DNA of 64,000 bases from Rhodanobacteraceae bacterium (GCA_031409855.1 JANNYA010000226.1:5192-69191); one strand, 5' to 3'. Counted from the stretch's first letter, positions 18,301 to 26,280 are shown. Numbers and translations: made by a program. The notes: generated by a model from the sequence alone, not told the origin.

Positions 18301-19357
18301 AGCCCTGATTCAGCAGTCCGCGACCCAGTTTAGTAACGTTGATTCCCGCCTGAGCGAGTTGCAAAACGGCGGTGGTTCGGGTTTGAGTTTGAGCGGACTT
18401 AACTTGGCGTTTGGCAAAACACTGATACCGCTGGGCCTGCTGCAACCCTTGTTAGACGACGACGACGAAGCCGAGGTCGGCGGCAGCGGTGATCTTATTT
18501 CACCGTGGGGTTTCTTTGTCAACGGCACTTACAGCCGTGGCGATCAAACCCTAGACCGTACGCTTCGCACCGTCAGCTCGGATTTCAGCAACATTGGCGT
18601 CACTGCCGGTGTCGATTACCGTCTGAGCATCCGTACCGTGCTCGGTGCGGCATTAGGGTATTCCAAGTTCGACACGGATCTTTCCGATGACGGAAGCACC
18701 AGCAGCAAAGCGATCACGCTGACCGGCTATGGCTCGCACTACTTTACAGACAATTTATACGCCGATGCTCGCATCACCCTTGGCAACGCAAGTTTTGATT
18801 CGATTCGTAGGATTCGTTTTAACTATCAAAACTTCAGCGTTGATAAAACCGCGTTAGGCAGCAACGATGCGCGTCAGTATGCTCTTGCGGTTGGTATGGG
18901 CTACAACCTGCAAAAAGGTGCCTGGTCGATTACCCCGAATGCGAACATTCGATACTTCCGCAGCAATGTCGACGGCTACACTGAAACCGGTGCCGGTGCA
19001 AACAACGTGATATTCGACGACCAGCAGGTTAGCTCGTTGCAATATAACTTGGGCGTCCAGGTGTCGCGTCCGATTAGCATGAGCCACGGGGTCTTAGCGC
19101 CACAGTTTGACATCAGCTTCGGACATGAGTCCCAAGACGCAAATTTTGCGCTAAATGCACGATTGGTCGATGCCACCGCGACTCAGGTCTTCGTAGTGCG
19201 CGCGCAAGAACCGGATAAGAGCTTTGGCAACATCGGTTTGGGCTTTGTCTACGTTACCAGCAATGGCCGTCAGGGTTATTTGACGTACCGAAGGTTATTC
19301 GGGAATGACTCGATTCAACGCGACTCCATTAATTTGGGTGCCCGCTTTGATTTTTAG
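15341..19357 (+). CDS. Autotransporter (type Va) with a DUF11-type repeat passenger
   Basis: Signal peptide LRVALLTLGMVGTAMG. The passenger carries repeated modules of the DUF11 type, for example LQISKNASASSVSSGQEFTYALNVSNVGSVPATSVILEDQL and LVLVKSDSVDPVNVGGEFDYLLSVSNQGTSVARSLILSDDLP (about 16590-18060). The C-terminal ~285 aa (about 18500-19354) is beta-barrel-like with alternating hydrophobics and ends in ...INLGARFDF. Confidence 0.8.
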   Translation: MGSEMRDKFARRFQYLRVALLTLGMVGTAMGQSFTLSVPANPNGLPVAAGADVGFSVGGATAGVSIIINKSADVTYLASLTTPGWTCTGSVALVCSGPGNGFNFTLTMPPEAPLNPITSATGVRTITAGQGTVSASKDVTYSVVSDIVIQPPTVAALAVGASSQLNFVVINGGPAAPYNWFYQTRVLFTLPSDLVYAGSNTAPWSCTAAGANVTCLLDEASTPSPVSRPIPLTVRRSSAPAGQSLISYSVGTLNNDPNPSNNQGSVLVPLGVAATVDLRLAGTNPGPQDSGTAFTTRFTLDAVQGPGAANTEVRFSQPSSSTQQIQAVSASSSQFTCSVDVGGLGGNCVASVYGTLGVTTTPAPVEFSVTGVAPVVATSQSNSIVLRGVVSSATSDTNPGNNAADVGITVLGPAPVAAQLQISKNASASSVSSGQEFTYALNVSNVGSVPATSVILEDQLASSLTFLAIEQASAGLSCNQSAGLVRCIQTQLNQGAQATVTLRVRAPTALGTIANTATVTSNNSSASQSASANVQVSSGLDLVLVKSDSVDPVNVGGEFDYLLSVSNQGTSVARSLILSDDLPNSTSFVSANGGGFSCSGGQNLRCTLSSLAAGATATVQVRVRALSAGQALNTASVTTPDVEVTLANNSDSETTTFAIVSVDTDLVLTAPSTQNATVGSDTAVIYTVRNAGPANSNCGTLNLSLSGGVAAAFSLKSVSGLGATCSVAGSTATCQLPPINAFAQTQISATLGAIGAASSTLTATLNCATDTNPSNNTATTALTGILAPGADLKLTVRDDDPVVLASEYNYVVSADNFGPEEARGVAVKFTLPEGTDFVSFTGANFSCLAQAQIITCPYSVNLSALATQRTARLTVRVRARAEVGQVTAVIELSSVSRDSNPSDNTIRETTQINAKDAEQVAGVILPQLTDQFALDAAPVVADICAKPVPELVAQCEAIIDAALDRDIGALQSGLRAVFPEEVLSERLALIQQSATQFSNVDSRLSELQNGGGSGLSLSGLNLAFGKTLIPLGLLQPLLDDDDEAEVGGSGDLISPWGFFVNGTYSRGDQTLDRTLRTVSSDFSNIGVTAGVDYRLSIRTVLGAALGYSKFDTDLSDDGSTSSKAITLTGYGSHYFTDNLYADARITLGNASFDSIRRIRFNYQNFSVDKTALGSNDARQYALAVGMGYNLQKGAWSITPNANIRYFRSNVDGYTETGAGANNVIFDDQQVSSLQYNLGVQVSRPISMSHGVLAPQFDISFGHESQDANFALNARLVDATATQVFVVRAQEPDKSFGNIGLGFVYVTSNGRQGYLTYRRLFGNDSIQRDSINLGARFDF

Positions 19358-19462
19358 GGTCTAAGCTTTCCAAGTAGTTTGTTTGCAATCGCAAACAAAT
19401 GGATGAAAGACTTATTCGAACATTTGAAGTATTTTTTGGTGAAGTTTTTTAGGAGTGCGACA

Positions 19463-21451
19463 ATGTTTCAAATCGGTAAATTGCAGACGATGGTTCTGGC
19501 TTTTTCAATCGCCATTTTGGCTGCATGGCCAAGTTCGGCGAAAAAATTGACCGGCGCGGATATTCCTGAAGGCGCAATCAAAATCGACGATTTGATGATT
19601 GTAGACTGCTTATTGCCCGGCCAAGTGCGGCAAATGGGCACAGAGTTTACCTACTTGTCCGCGCGTCGCCCGATCCGCACTAGCGCCAAAGACTGCGCTA
19701 TACGCGGCGGCGAATACGTTGCGTTTGATCGCGCTAATTACGGCACCGCATTAAAAATTTGGCTGCCAGCGGCGAATCAAAACGACGCCAACGCGATGAA
19801 TTACGTCGGTGAAATCTATGAAAAAGGCTTGGGCGTGGCGCCGGATTACGCGCTCGCAAAAAGTTGGTATGAAAAGTCAGCCGCGAAAGGCAATTCCAGT
19901 GCAATGATCAATTTGGGCTCCATGTTTGAGCGCGGCCAGGGTGTCAGCGCCGATATGGTGCAGGCGATGAACTGGTACCGCAAGGCATCGGGCTTAAAAG
20001 GCTCTGATCTGGAAGTGGTGACTGAGGCTGATCGAGTATCGCGGCGCGCGCAAGCGGAAGAACTCGATCAGTTGCGTATTCAAACGCTTGATTTAAAGCA
20101 ACAGTTAAGCGATGCGCGCGGCGCTCTAAAAGCCAAACAAGATTTATTGGCGGCAACGCAAGCGACGCTGGGTGCGACGCAAGCCAAAGTCGCGACCCTG
20201 AAAGCTGCAAGCGCAGAAGCGCAGGCGGCGCGCACACAAATTGCGGCGTTGCAAACCCAGCTCGCCGAACAACAAAGCTCGGTCGACACCGCACGCATGA
20301 GCACCGGCGTGGCGCTGTCAAAATTAGGCGTAGATTTCAGCAAAACCGGCGCTGCACCTCCGGGCACAAAGCCTACGATCAACGTTATTTCGCCCAAATT
20401 GGCACTTACTCGGGGCGGTGTACTTGCGGCACCGCTATTGACGCAGTTACCAACCTACCAAATTATCGGCCGCGTCTACCCTTCCAAAGGGCTGCGCGCG
20501 CTGAAAGTCAATGACCAAAACGTATTGGACAAAATTGACGAGGACGGTATTTTTGAAGTCACCGTCAGTGTCGCGAACGCCAATCAGCCGGTCGCCATCG
20601 ACGCCGTGGCACAAGATGGTTTAGAAACCACCGAAAGTTTTGTACTGACCTCTGAATCCCAAGCGGCTGCCACCGCAAAACGCGTCACCAGCAAAATGTT
20701 TGCGCGCCGCATGCGTGGCGATTTGGGCAATTTTCAGGCGCTGGTGATTGGCAACGACAATTATGACGGCTTTGCCAAACTTGCCTCAGCCAGTTCCGAT
20801 GCGACTGAAATTGGCAGCATTCTAAGCACGCGCTATGGCTTTAAGGTCGACGTGTTAACCAACGCGACGCGCGCACAGTTGCTGCTGAAGCTTTCAACGC
20901 TCGCCACCACACTCAAAGCAAATGACAATTTGGTCATATATTATGCCGGCCATGGGCAAATCGATACCGCCGGAAAGGGCTATTGGGTGCCGATTGATGG
21001 TAAAGAAAATGACCCGACAAGCTGGGTGGGCAACGATGTAATCACCGACTTTTTAGGTGCGGCGCTTGCCAAACACGTCATGGTGATTGCAGATTCCTGC
21101 TATTCAGGAACGCTTAGCGGTGCAGCCACCCGGCCCATTCCAGCCACCGCAAAGGATGAAGACGTCCTGTTTATCTCGCGCGTCAAGTCGCGAACGGTGC
21201 TGGCCTCGGGTGGCTTGGCACCCGTATTAGACAGCGGTGGCAACGGCCATTCGATTTTTGCGTCCGCCTTTATCAGAGCGTTAAACACTGGCGACGGTTT
21301 GATGGACGGCTACCGATTATTTGAAGATATCAACACGCAAGTAGTGCAGCGATCCGCAGCCGCACGTCTGCCGCAGCGCCCGCAGTATTCGGCGCTGAAA
21401 CACGCCGGGCATGAAGGCAGCGAATTCTTCTTCTTACCGAAAGATGCATGA
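19463..21451 (+). CDS. Secreted Sel1-repeat / coiled-coil / caspase-like (peptidase C14, orthocaspase) protein
   Basis: An AGGAG RBS at 19451-19455 lies 8 nt before ATG 19463. The signal peptide is MFQIGKLQTMVLAFSIAILAAWPSSA. Sel1 repeats are NAMNYVGEIYEKGLGVAPDYALAKSWYEKSAAKGNSSAMINLGSMFERGQGVSADMVQAMNWYRKA. An Ala/Gln-rich coiled coil spans about 20055-20300. The C14 domain runs from about 20730, with the catalytic His in YYAGHG (cat 20951-20953) and Cys in ADSCYSG (tgc 21098-21100). Confidence 0.85.
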   Translation: MFQIGKLQTMVLAFSIAILAAWPSSAKKLTGADIPEGAIKIDDLMIVDCLLPGQVRQMGTEFTYLSARRPIRTSAKDCAIRGGEYVAFDRANYGTALKIWLPAANQNDANAMNYVGEIYEKGLGVAPDYALAKSWYEKSAAKGNSSAMINLGSMFERGQGVSADMVQAMNWYRKASGLKGSDLEVVTEADRVSRRAQAEELDQLRIQTLDLKQQLSDARGALKAKQDLLAATQATLGATQAKVATLKAASAEAQAARTQIAALQTQLAEQQSSVDTARMSTGVALSKLGVDFSKTGAAPPGTKPTINVISPKLALTRGGVLAAPLLTQLPTYQIIGRVYPSKGLRALKVNDQNVLDKIDEDGIFEVTVSVANANQPVAIDAVAQDGLETTESFVLTSESQAAATAKRVTSKMFARRMRGDLGNFQALVIGNDNYDGFAKLASASSDATEIGSILSTRYGFKVDVLTNATRAQLLLKLSTLATTLKANDNLVIYYAGHGQIDTAGKGYWVPIDGKENDPTSWVGNDVITDFLGAALAKHVMVIADSCYSGTLSGAATRPIPATAKDEDVLFISRVKSRTVLASGGLAPVLDSGGNGHSIFASAFIRALNTGDGLMDGYRLFEDINTQVVQRSAAARLPQRPQYSALKHAGHEGSEFFFLPKDA

Positions 21452-21477
21452 TCAGCCGTTAGCCCGTAGGACTAAGT

Positions 21478-21525
21478 AGTTCTGGTGCCCCGATTAGCCC
21501 CGACGGCATCAGAACTAGGTTTTAA
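21478..21525 (+). terminator. Candidate rho-independent terminator after the caspase gene
   Basis: A 12-bp stem, AGTTCTGGTGCC (21478-21489) with GGCATCAGAACT (21505-21516), contains one G-U pair and has a 15-nt loop. It is followed by AGGTTTTAAAT. The loop is large and the U-tract is short, so confidence is low. Confidence 0.3.
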
Positions 21526-21695
21526 ATCCCGCCCGGCCGCCCTGGAATCGTTTGGCATTAATTGTGATCGCCTAGGCCAGCGTCTGCCTTGCTGCACTGA
21601 GTGCTACTTTGGGGTGCTACACTTGATCGTCTTAATCTTGTGAATTATCTTGCCAAGCGTGCTTTTAAATTGCTCAAACCAACTCGCGCCAGCCT

Positions 21696-24359
21696 ATGAC
21701 GCTTCCTGAAATTCCCGGCTACCAGCTTGAGCGAGAAATTGGCGTGGGCGGGATGGCACGCGTCTATTTAGCTATTCATACCGCACTAGACCGGCGCGTG
21801 GCTATGAAGGTTATGGCACCTGCGCTAGTGGCTGACCCGGCATTTTCCAAGCGGTTTTTACGTGAAGCACGTACCTTAGCTGGGCTGACGCACCCGAACA
21901 TCGTTGCGGTTTACGATGTTGGCGCGACGGATGCGCTGCTGCATTACTTTGCGATGCAGCACCTAGAAAACGGTGATATGTCCGCGCGCATCACGCGCGG
22001 CATCCCGGAAACAGAGGTCGTGCGGATTATTTCAGTGATCGCCAAAGCACTGGGCTTCGCGCATCAGCGGGGCGTGATCCATCGCGACGTGACACCCGGC
22101 AACATTATGTTTGATGGTGCGAATAATCCGGTCTTGACGGATTTCGGTATCGCACGCAGCGAACATGGCTCGACACGCATCACCCAAACCGGCGTCAGTA
22201 TCGGCACGTCAAGCTATATGAGCCCCGAGCAAGCGCGTGGTGGTGAAATTGACCAGCGCAGCGATTTGTACAGTTTGGGCGCGTTGACTTTTGAAGCTCT
22301 CACGGGGCATCCACCGTACAAAGGTGCTGATGGCTTTGCCGTGGCTTATGCACACGTGTTTGAGCCCATACCTAGATTGCCCGCCTATGTTTCACATTGG
22401 CAGTCTTTCATAAATAAGGTGCTTGCCAAAGACCCAAACGAACGCTTTGACAATGCTGAGCAATTCGCCATGGGCTTAAGCGATGTCGGCGTCAGCGCGC
22501 AGCGCATCGTGCCGCAACGGGTGTTGAATAAAGTCTCGCCAGCGATGCCCGTTACTGCCGCAAATTTGCCGCGACCGGCTGCGTTGCAAAAGCCGCTCAA
22601 TGTCGATGCGCGCGCACTTGCGCCAATTAAACAAGTGATCGCACCGAGCGCTAGTACGGCAGATCGACCTACCCTGCCATTGCGCGCTATGCCAATGCCA
22701 GCACAAAGGAACACCGAACAAATCGCTGACAACCAAGTCGCATCTAAACGTGCGATTTGGCCATTGGCCCTGGCTGCATTAACCGCGATCGGTCTAGGTG
22801 TCGGCGGATGGTGGCTACAACAGCAAAAGCCAAACAAGGAATTCGATCCGATTGTGGCTGAAGCGGATCCCGGATCGATTAAAACTGAACTTGATCGAAC
22901 AGCCATCACCAGTCCCACATTGGATAAAGATTCAGACAGTGTCGACCCATTAGCTACCGACCCCAGAGCTACCGACCCTAGCGCGCCTGAGTTTACGGAT
23001 CCGCTTGATCCAATGGCGTCAGATTTAGTGGATGGCGCGGAAGCACTTGATCCTGCGGCGGGCCCACCGTTGGCCTCGCAATTTGGCCCACCCACACGCG
23101 CGACTTTTGTTAAACCTTGGCTCTTTACCGGCGCTGCATTGGCAAAAAAGAATCAGTGTTTTCTGGTGCGCAGTGGCGCGGTTGATTTCTATCGCTTGGC
23201 ACTATCGATCGATACCTACTCTAGCATTGCACAAAAAGGTATTGCCGATTGTTTTGCCACGATTACGCCCAAAATTGATGCGCTGCTGGCGCAAGATGCA
23301 CCCGACGTTGTTGCATTTTTAGCCGAGCTAAGCTTGATCGAAAAATCAGCGTTGGCCGCAGGCACTGGTTCGAAAGAAGCGCTCCTGCTGGCCTCGGAGC
23401 GCAAACGAATCGTTACGTCCTTGCTTGCCCGTGGCAAACCGCTTGAAGTTAAATGGCAGGGCAGTGCGGCCGAGAAGCTGTATCAGAACGTATTGCTATT
23501 AGAACCAACGAACGCGGTTGCACTGGCAGGCGTAAAACGCGCGCCTGGCATTGGCAAACCTGGCTTTGCTTTTAGCGATAGCATGAAATCAGGCGGAAAA
23601 TCATCGGCCATGAGCATCATTGGCGCTGGCGAGGTAATCCTACGCGACGCCAAGGGTGGCACTGCCAGGGTTATAATTTCAGATAATTTTGCGGTTGCCA
23701 GATCTGAAGTGACCTTTGGCGAGTACCGCCGGTTTGCCCAAGCCAGTGGTTATCGCGGTAGCACGCAGGGTTGCAAGAACATCGAAGGTTTTGCCTTATT
23801 TGTCTCGAAAGATCGCACTTGGCAAAAGCCGGGGTTTGAGCAGACTGATCGACATCCCGTAGTTTGTGTGGATTTTGCCGATGCCCAAGCCTATGCGCGC
23901 TGGTTGAGCAAGGAAACCGGCGAAAATTATCGCCTGCTCAGCGAAGCTGAGTGGCAGTTGCTTGCGAAAGCGGCTCCGGCACCTGGCTGTCGCAGTGGCA
24001 ACATCGGTGATAGCAAATTTGGCACGCAATTTGATGAGCGTAAAGTTTATGGCTGTAGCGACAATTTTGCTGCCACAGCGCCTGCTGGCAATTTTGGCGC
24101 AGATCGCAATAATTTGGTTGATTTAACCGGCAACGCGCGCGAATGGGTTGAAGATTGCTGGAACCCCAGCCTAGCCCTACACCCTAAAGGCGGTGCCGCG
24201 TGGCAAACCGGTCGTTGCGGCAATCGCATCGCCATGGGCACATCGTGGATAAGCACGCCATCAGAAACCAGCACGGTCATTCGTACGTCCTTTGATAGCG
24301 ATGCGCGCAATAATACCGTTGGATTTAGGGTGGCGCGCACAGTTGCACAAATCCCATAA
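21696..24359 (+). CDS. Hanks-type Ser/Thr protein kinase - TM - periplasmic FGE-sulfatase (SUMF1/formylglycine-generating-enzyme-like) domain fusion
   Basis: Kinase motifs are GVGGMARVY, VAMKV, HRDVTPGN (22080-22103), DFGIA and YMSPEQ. A TM helix AIWPLALAALTAIGLGVGGWW spans about 22755-22817. The C-terminal FGE-like domain (about 23605-24356) has FAVARSEVTFGEYRRF, HPVVCVDFADAQAYARWLS, YRLLSEAEW, GNAREWVEDCW and NTVGFRVAR. Confidence 0.9.
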   Translation: MTLPEIPGYQLEREIGVGGMARVYLAIHTALDRRVAMKVMAPALVADPAFSKRFLREARTLAGLTHPNIVAVYDVGATDALLHYFAMQHLENGDMSARITRGIPETEVVRIISVIAKALGFAHQRGVIHRDVTPGNIMFDGANNPVLTDFGIARSEHGSTRITQTGVSIGTSSYMSPEQARGGEIDQRSDLYSLGALTFEALTGHPPYKGADGFAVAYAHVFEPIPRLPAYVSHWQSFINKVLAKDPNERFDNAEQFAMGLSDVGVSAQRIVPQRVLNKVSPAMPVTAANLPRPAALQKPLNVDARALAPIKQVIAPSASTADRPTLPLRAMPMPAQRNTEQIADNQVASKRAIWPLALAALTAIGLGVGGWWLQQQKPNKEFDPIVAEADPGSIKTELDRTAITSPTLDKDSDSVDPLATDPRATDPSAPEFTDPLDPMASDLVDGAEALDPAAGPPLASQFGPPTRATFVKPWLFTGAALAKKNQCFLVRSGAVDFYRLALSIDTYSSIAQKGIADCFATITPKIDALLAQDAPDVVAFLAELSLIEKSALAAGTGSKEALLLASERKRIVTSLLARGKPLEVKWQGSAAEKLYQNVLLLEPTNAVALAGVKRAPGIGKPGFAFSDSMKSGGKSSAMSIIGAGEVILRDAKGGTARVIISDNFAVARSEVTFGEYRRFAQASGYRGSTQGCKNIEGFALFVSKDRTWQKPGFEQTDRHPVVCVDFADAQAYARWLSKETGENYRLLSEAEWQLLAKAAPAPGCRSGNIGDSKFGTQFDERKVYGCSDNFAATAPAGNFGADRNNLVDLTGNAREWVEDCWNPSLALHPKGGAAWQTGRCGNRIAMGTSWISTPSETSTVIRTSFDSDARNNTVGFRVARTVAQIP

Positions 24360-24433
24360 ACAGACACAATGCGAAACACGCGCTGTATTCACTCAATAAC
24401 CTGTATTCACGTCGCAACCTGATCGAGAAGCCC

Positions 24434-25264
24434 ATGAGACTCCTTTTCCCGAATGCCGAACATGCGCAAATTGAACTTGGCAATGGTTTGCACACCATCG
24501 GCAGCGCTCCAGGCGCCAAAGTCAAGCTTTTTGCCCCAGGCGTATTGGCAAATCACTGCGAACTGCAGGTCAACGGCGAAACCGGGATGCTCTCGCCGGT
24601 GCCTGGTGCCGCATTAACGCTCAATGGCGCGCCAATCACCCGCAGCACTGAAGTTCGCGCTGGCGACGTCATTCAAGTAGCAGACGTGCGGGTGCGCATT
24701 GTCGCCGTTGATAAGGCCGGGGCATCTGCAGTGCCCATGGTGCAAAAGCGCCAGGAAGAAGCGGATGATGGCCGCACCCGCGTGCGCTCGGCGCTACCAA
24801 AATTCATGCTGCGCGGCGTTTCTGGTGCAACGTTTGGCAAAGTGTTCCCACTCACGGGGGTTACCGTGATTGGTCGCAACCCGGAATGCGACATTTCAAT
24901 TCCGACTGATGAAGTTTCACGACGCCACGCCGAGCTGCGCCCTAGTCAAGATGGCGTCATGGTTGAAGATTTGGGCTCGGCGAATGGCACTTTTGTCAAT
25001 GATCGCCGGGTAACGCGCGAGCTGCTTAAACATGGTGATGAGCTGCGCTTTGATCAATTACGGTTTCAACTCATTTCACCGGGGCGCGAGATGATGGGCG
25101 GCGCGGGTGCCAGCACAGGTTCCGCATCGTCGAACTCGTCGTCAAACTCAAATTCGGCTGTCCCTGCGTCTAACGGCGGTATCTCCACTACGGTATGGAT
25201 CGTGCTACTAGTGGTTGCATTGGCGCTGCTGCTCGGTGCGATGAAATTTGCCGGAGTGTTTTGA
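24434..25264 (+). CDS. Tandem FHA-domain protein with a C-terminal membrane anchor
   Basis: FHA2 is canonical: VIGRNPECDISIPTDEVSRRHAEL...LGSANGTFVN. The N-terminal FHA-like domain is degenerate: TIGSAP...LANHCEL...LTLNGAPI. A Ser/Asn-rich linker follows, then the TM helix TTVWIVLLVVALALLLGAMKFAGVF. Confidence 0.85.
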   Translation: MRLLFPNAEHAQIELGNGLHTIGSAPGAKVKLFAPGVLANHCELQVNGETGMLSPVPGAALTLNGAPITRSTEVRAGDVIQVADVRVRIVAVDKAGASAVPMVQKRQEEADDGRTRVRSALPKFMLRGVSGATFGKVFPLTGVTVIGRNPECDISIPTDEVSRRHAELRPSQDGVMVEDLGSANGTFVNDRRVTRELLKHGDELRFDQLRFQLISPGREMMGGAGASTGSASSNSSSNSNSAVPASNGGISTTVWIVLLVVALALLLGAMKFAGVF

Positions 25265-26280
25265 TGTCGGGTGATCCAGCATCCTCTGACGCTTCTGCTT
25301 CGTTCCACGCTTTTCGTATTCACAATGATAGCCAAGGCTACCGGGCAGATATTGAATCGCTAGTGCTGGATGATTTGAATGCGGGTGAAGTCACGATCAA
25401 AACGGCCTTTTCATCGGTCAATTTTAAAGATGCCCTCGCTGGTACCGGCAAGGGCAAAATTTTGCGCCAGTTCCCGCTAGTTGGCGGTATCGATATCGCC
25501 GGACACGTTAGCGAAAGCCGCGATGCACGTTTTCGTGAAGGTGATGCGGTTTTAGTGACCGGCTGCGGGCTTTCCGAAACCCGCGACGGTGGTTACTCAC
25601 AAGTGCAAAGGCTGGATGCAAATTGGGTCGTACACTTGCCAGCGGGGCTGACGCTGCGGGACGCGATGGCTTTAGGTACTGCAGGCTTCACCGCCGCTTT
25701 GAGCCTTTGGCGCATGCTGGCAAATGGTCAGCGCCCTGAAATGGGGCCGGTGGTGGTTACCGGTGCAACGGGTGGTGTCGGCTCCCTCGCGATTGATTTA
25801 TTCACGGTTGCTGGTTTTGAGATGCATGCTATTACGGGAAAAATCGAGCAGTTCGATTTCCTTAAACAAATTGGTGCTCGCCAGTGTGTTGCCCGGAGTG
25901 GTTTAAGTTTTGGTGGTCGTCCGCTCGAAGCCGCGTCCTGGTCGGGTGCGGTGGATAATGTCGGCGGCGAAATGCTCGACATGCTCACCCGCGTGATTCA
26001 GCCCTGGGGCAATATCGCCAGCTGCGGTATGGCCGGTGGGCACGAGCTACACACGACCGTGATGCCCTTTATTATTCGCGGCATCTCCCTGCTTGGCATC
26101 AATTCTGCCAACACCCCCTACCCGCTACGTGCGCAAATCTGGCAGCGCCTAGCCAGCGATTGGAAGCCAAAGCATTTGGAATTGATCGCCGCTAAAGAGA
26201 TCACGCTGGATCAGCTTCAGGACACGTTCGCGACGATGCTCGCGGGTGGTGCACTCGGGCGCACGGTGGTTCGGCTTTAG
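25264..26280 (+). CDS. acuI: Acrylyl-CoA reductase AcuI / YhdH-type MDR quinone oxidoreductase
   Basis: Colinear with E. coli YhdH as recalled: SSVNFKDALAGTGKGKILRQFPLVGGIDIAGHV, GTAGFTAALS, VVVTGATGGVGS, TTVMPFIIRGISLLGI, GRTVVRL. The start ATG at 25264 overlaps the FHA stop (TGATG). Confidence 0.85.
   Translation: MSGDPASSDASASFHAFRIHNDSQGYRADIESLVLDDLNAGEVTIKTAFSSVNFKDALAGTGKGKILRQFPLVGGIDIAGHVSESRDARFREGDAVLVTGCGLSETRDGGYSQVQRLDANWVVHLPAGLTLRDAMALGTAGFTAALSLWRMLANGQRPEMGPVVVTGATGGVGSLAIDLFTVAGFEMHAITGKIEQFDFLKQIGARQCVARSGLSFGGRPLEAASWSGAVDNVGGEMLDMLTRVIQPWGNIASCGMAGGHELHTTVMPFIIRGISLLGINSANTPYPLRAQIWQRLASDWKPKHLELIAAKEITLDQLQDTFATMLAGGALGRTVVRL

Noticed and set aside
22385-23095. A 236-aa minus-strand ORF overlapping the kinase-FGE gene
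   Set aside because: It is antisense to a well-supported CDS, its composition is Gly/Ala/Ser-rich, and it has no recognisable domain. I treat it as a GC-driven open frame.
23605-24356. Whether the FGE-sulfatase (C-type-lectin-fold) C-terminus is a diversity-generating retroelement target
   Set aside because: DGR variable proteins often use this fold. However, the window has no reverse transcriptase gene, and I could find no nearby template-repeat copy of the 3' end of the gene.
21696-25264. Whether the kinase + FHA pair is a type VI secretion (PpkA/Fha-like) threonine-phosphorylation switch
   Set aside because: No T6SS structural genes (TssB/C, Hcp, VgrG, TssM etc.) are present in the 64 kb. 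The neighbours are an autotransporter and a caspase instead.
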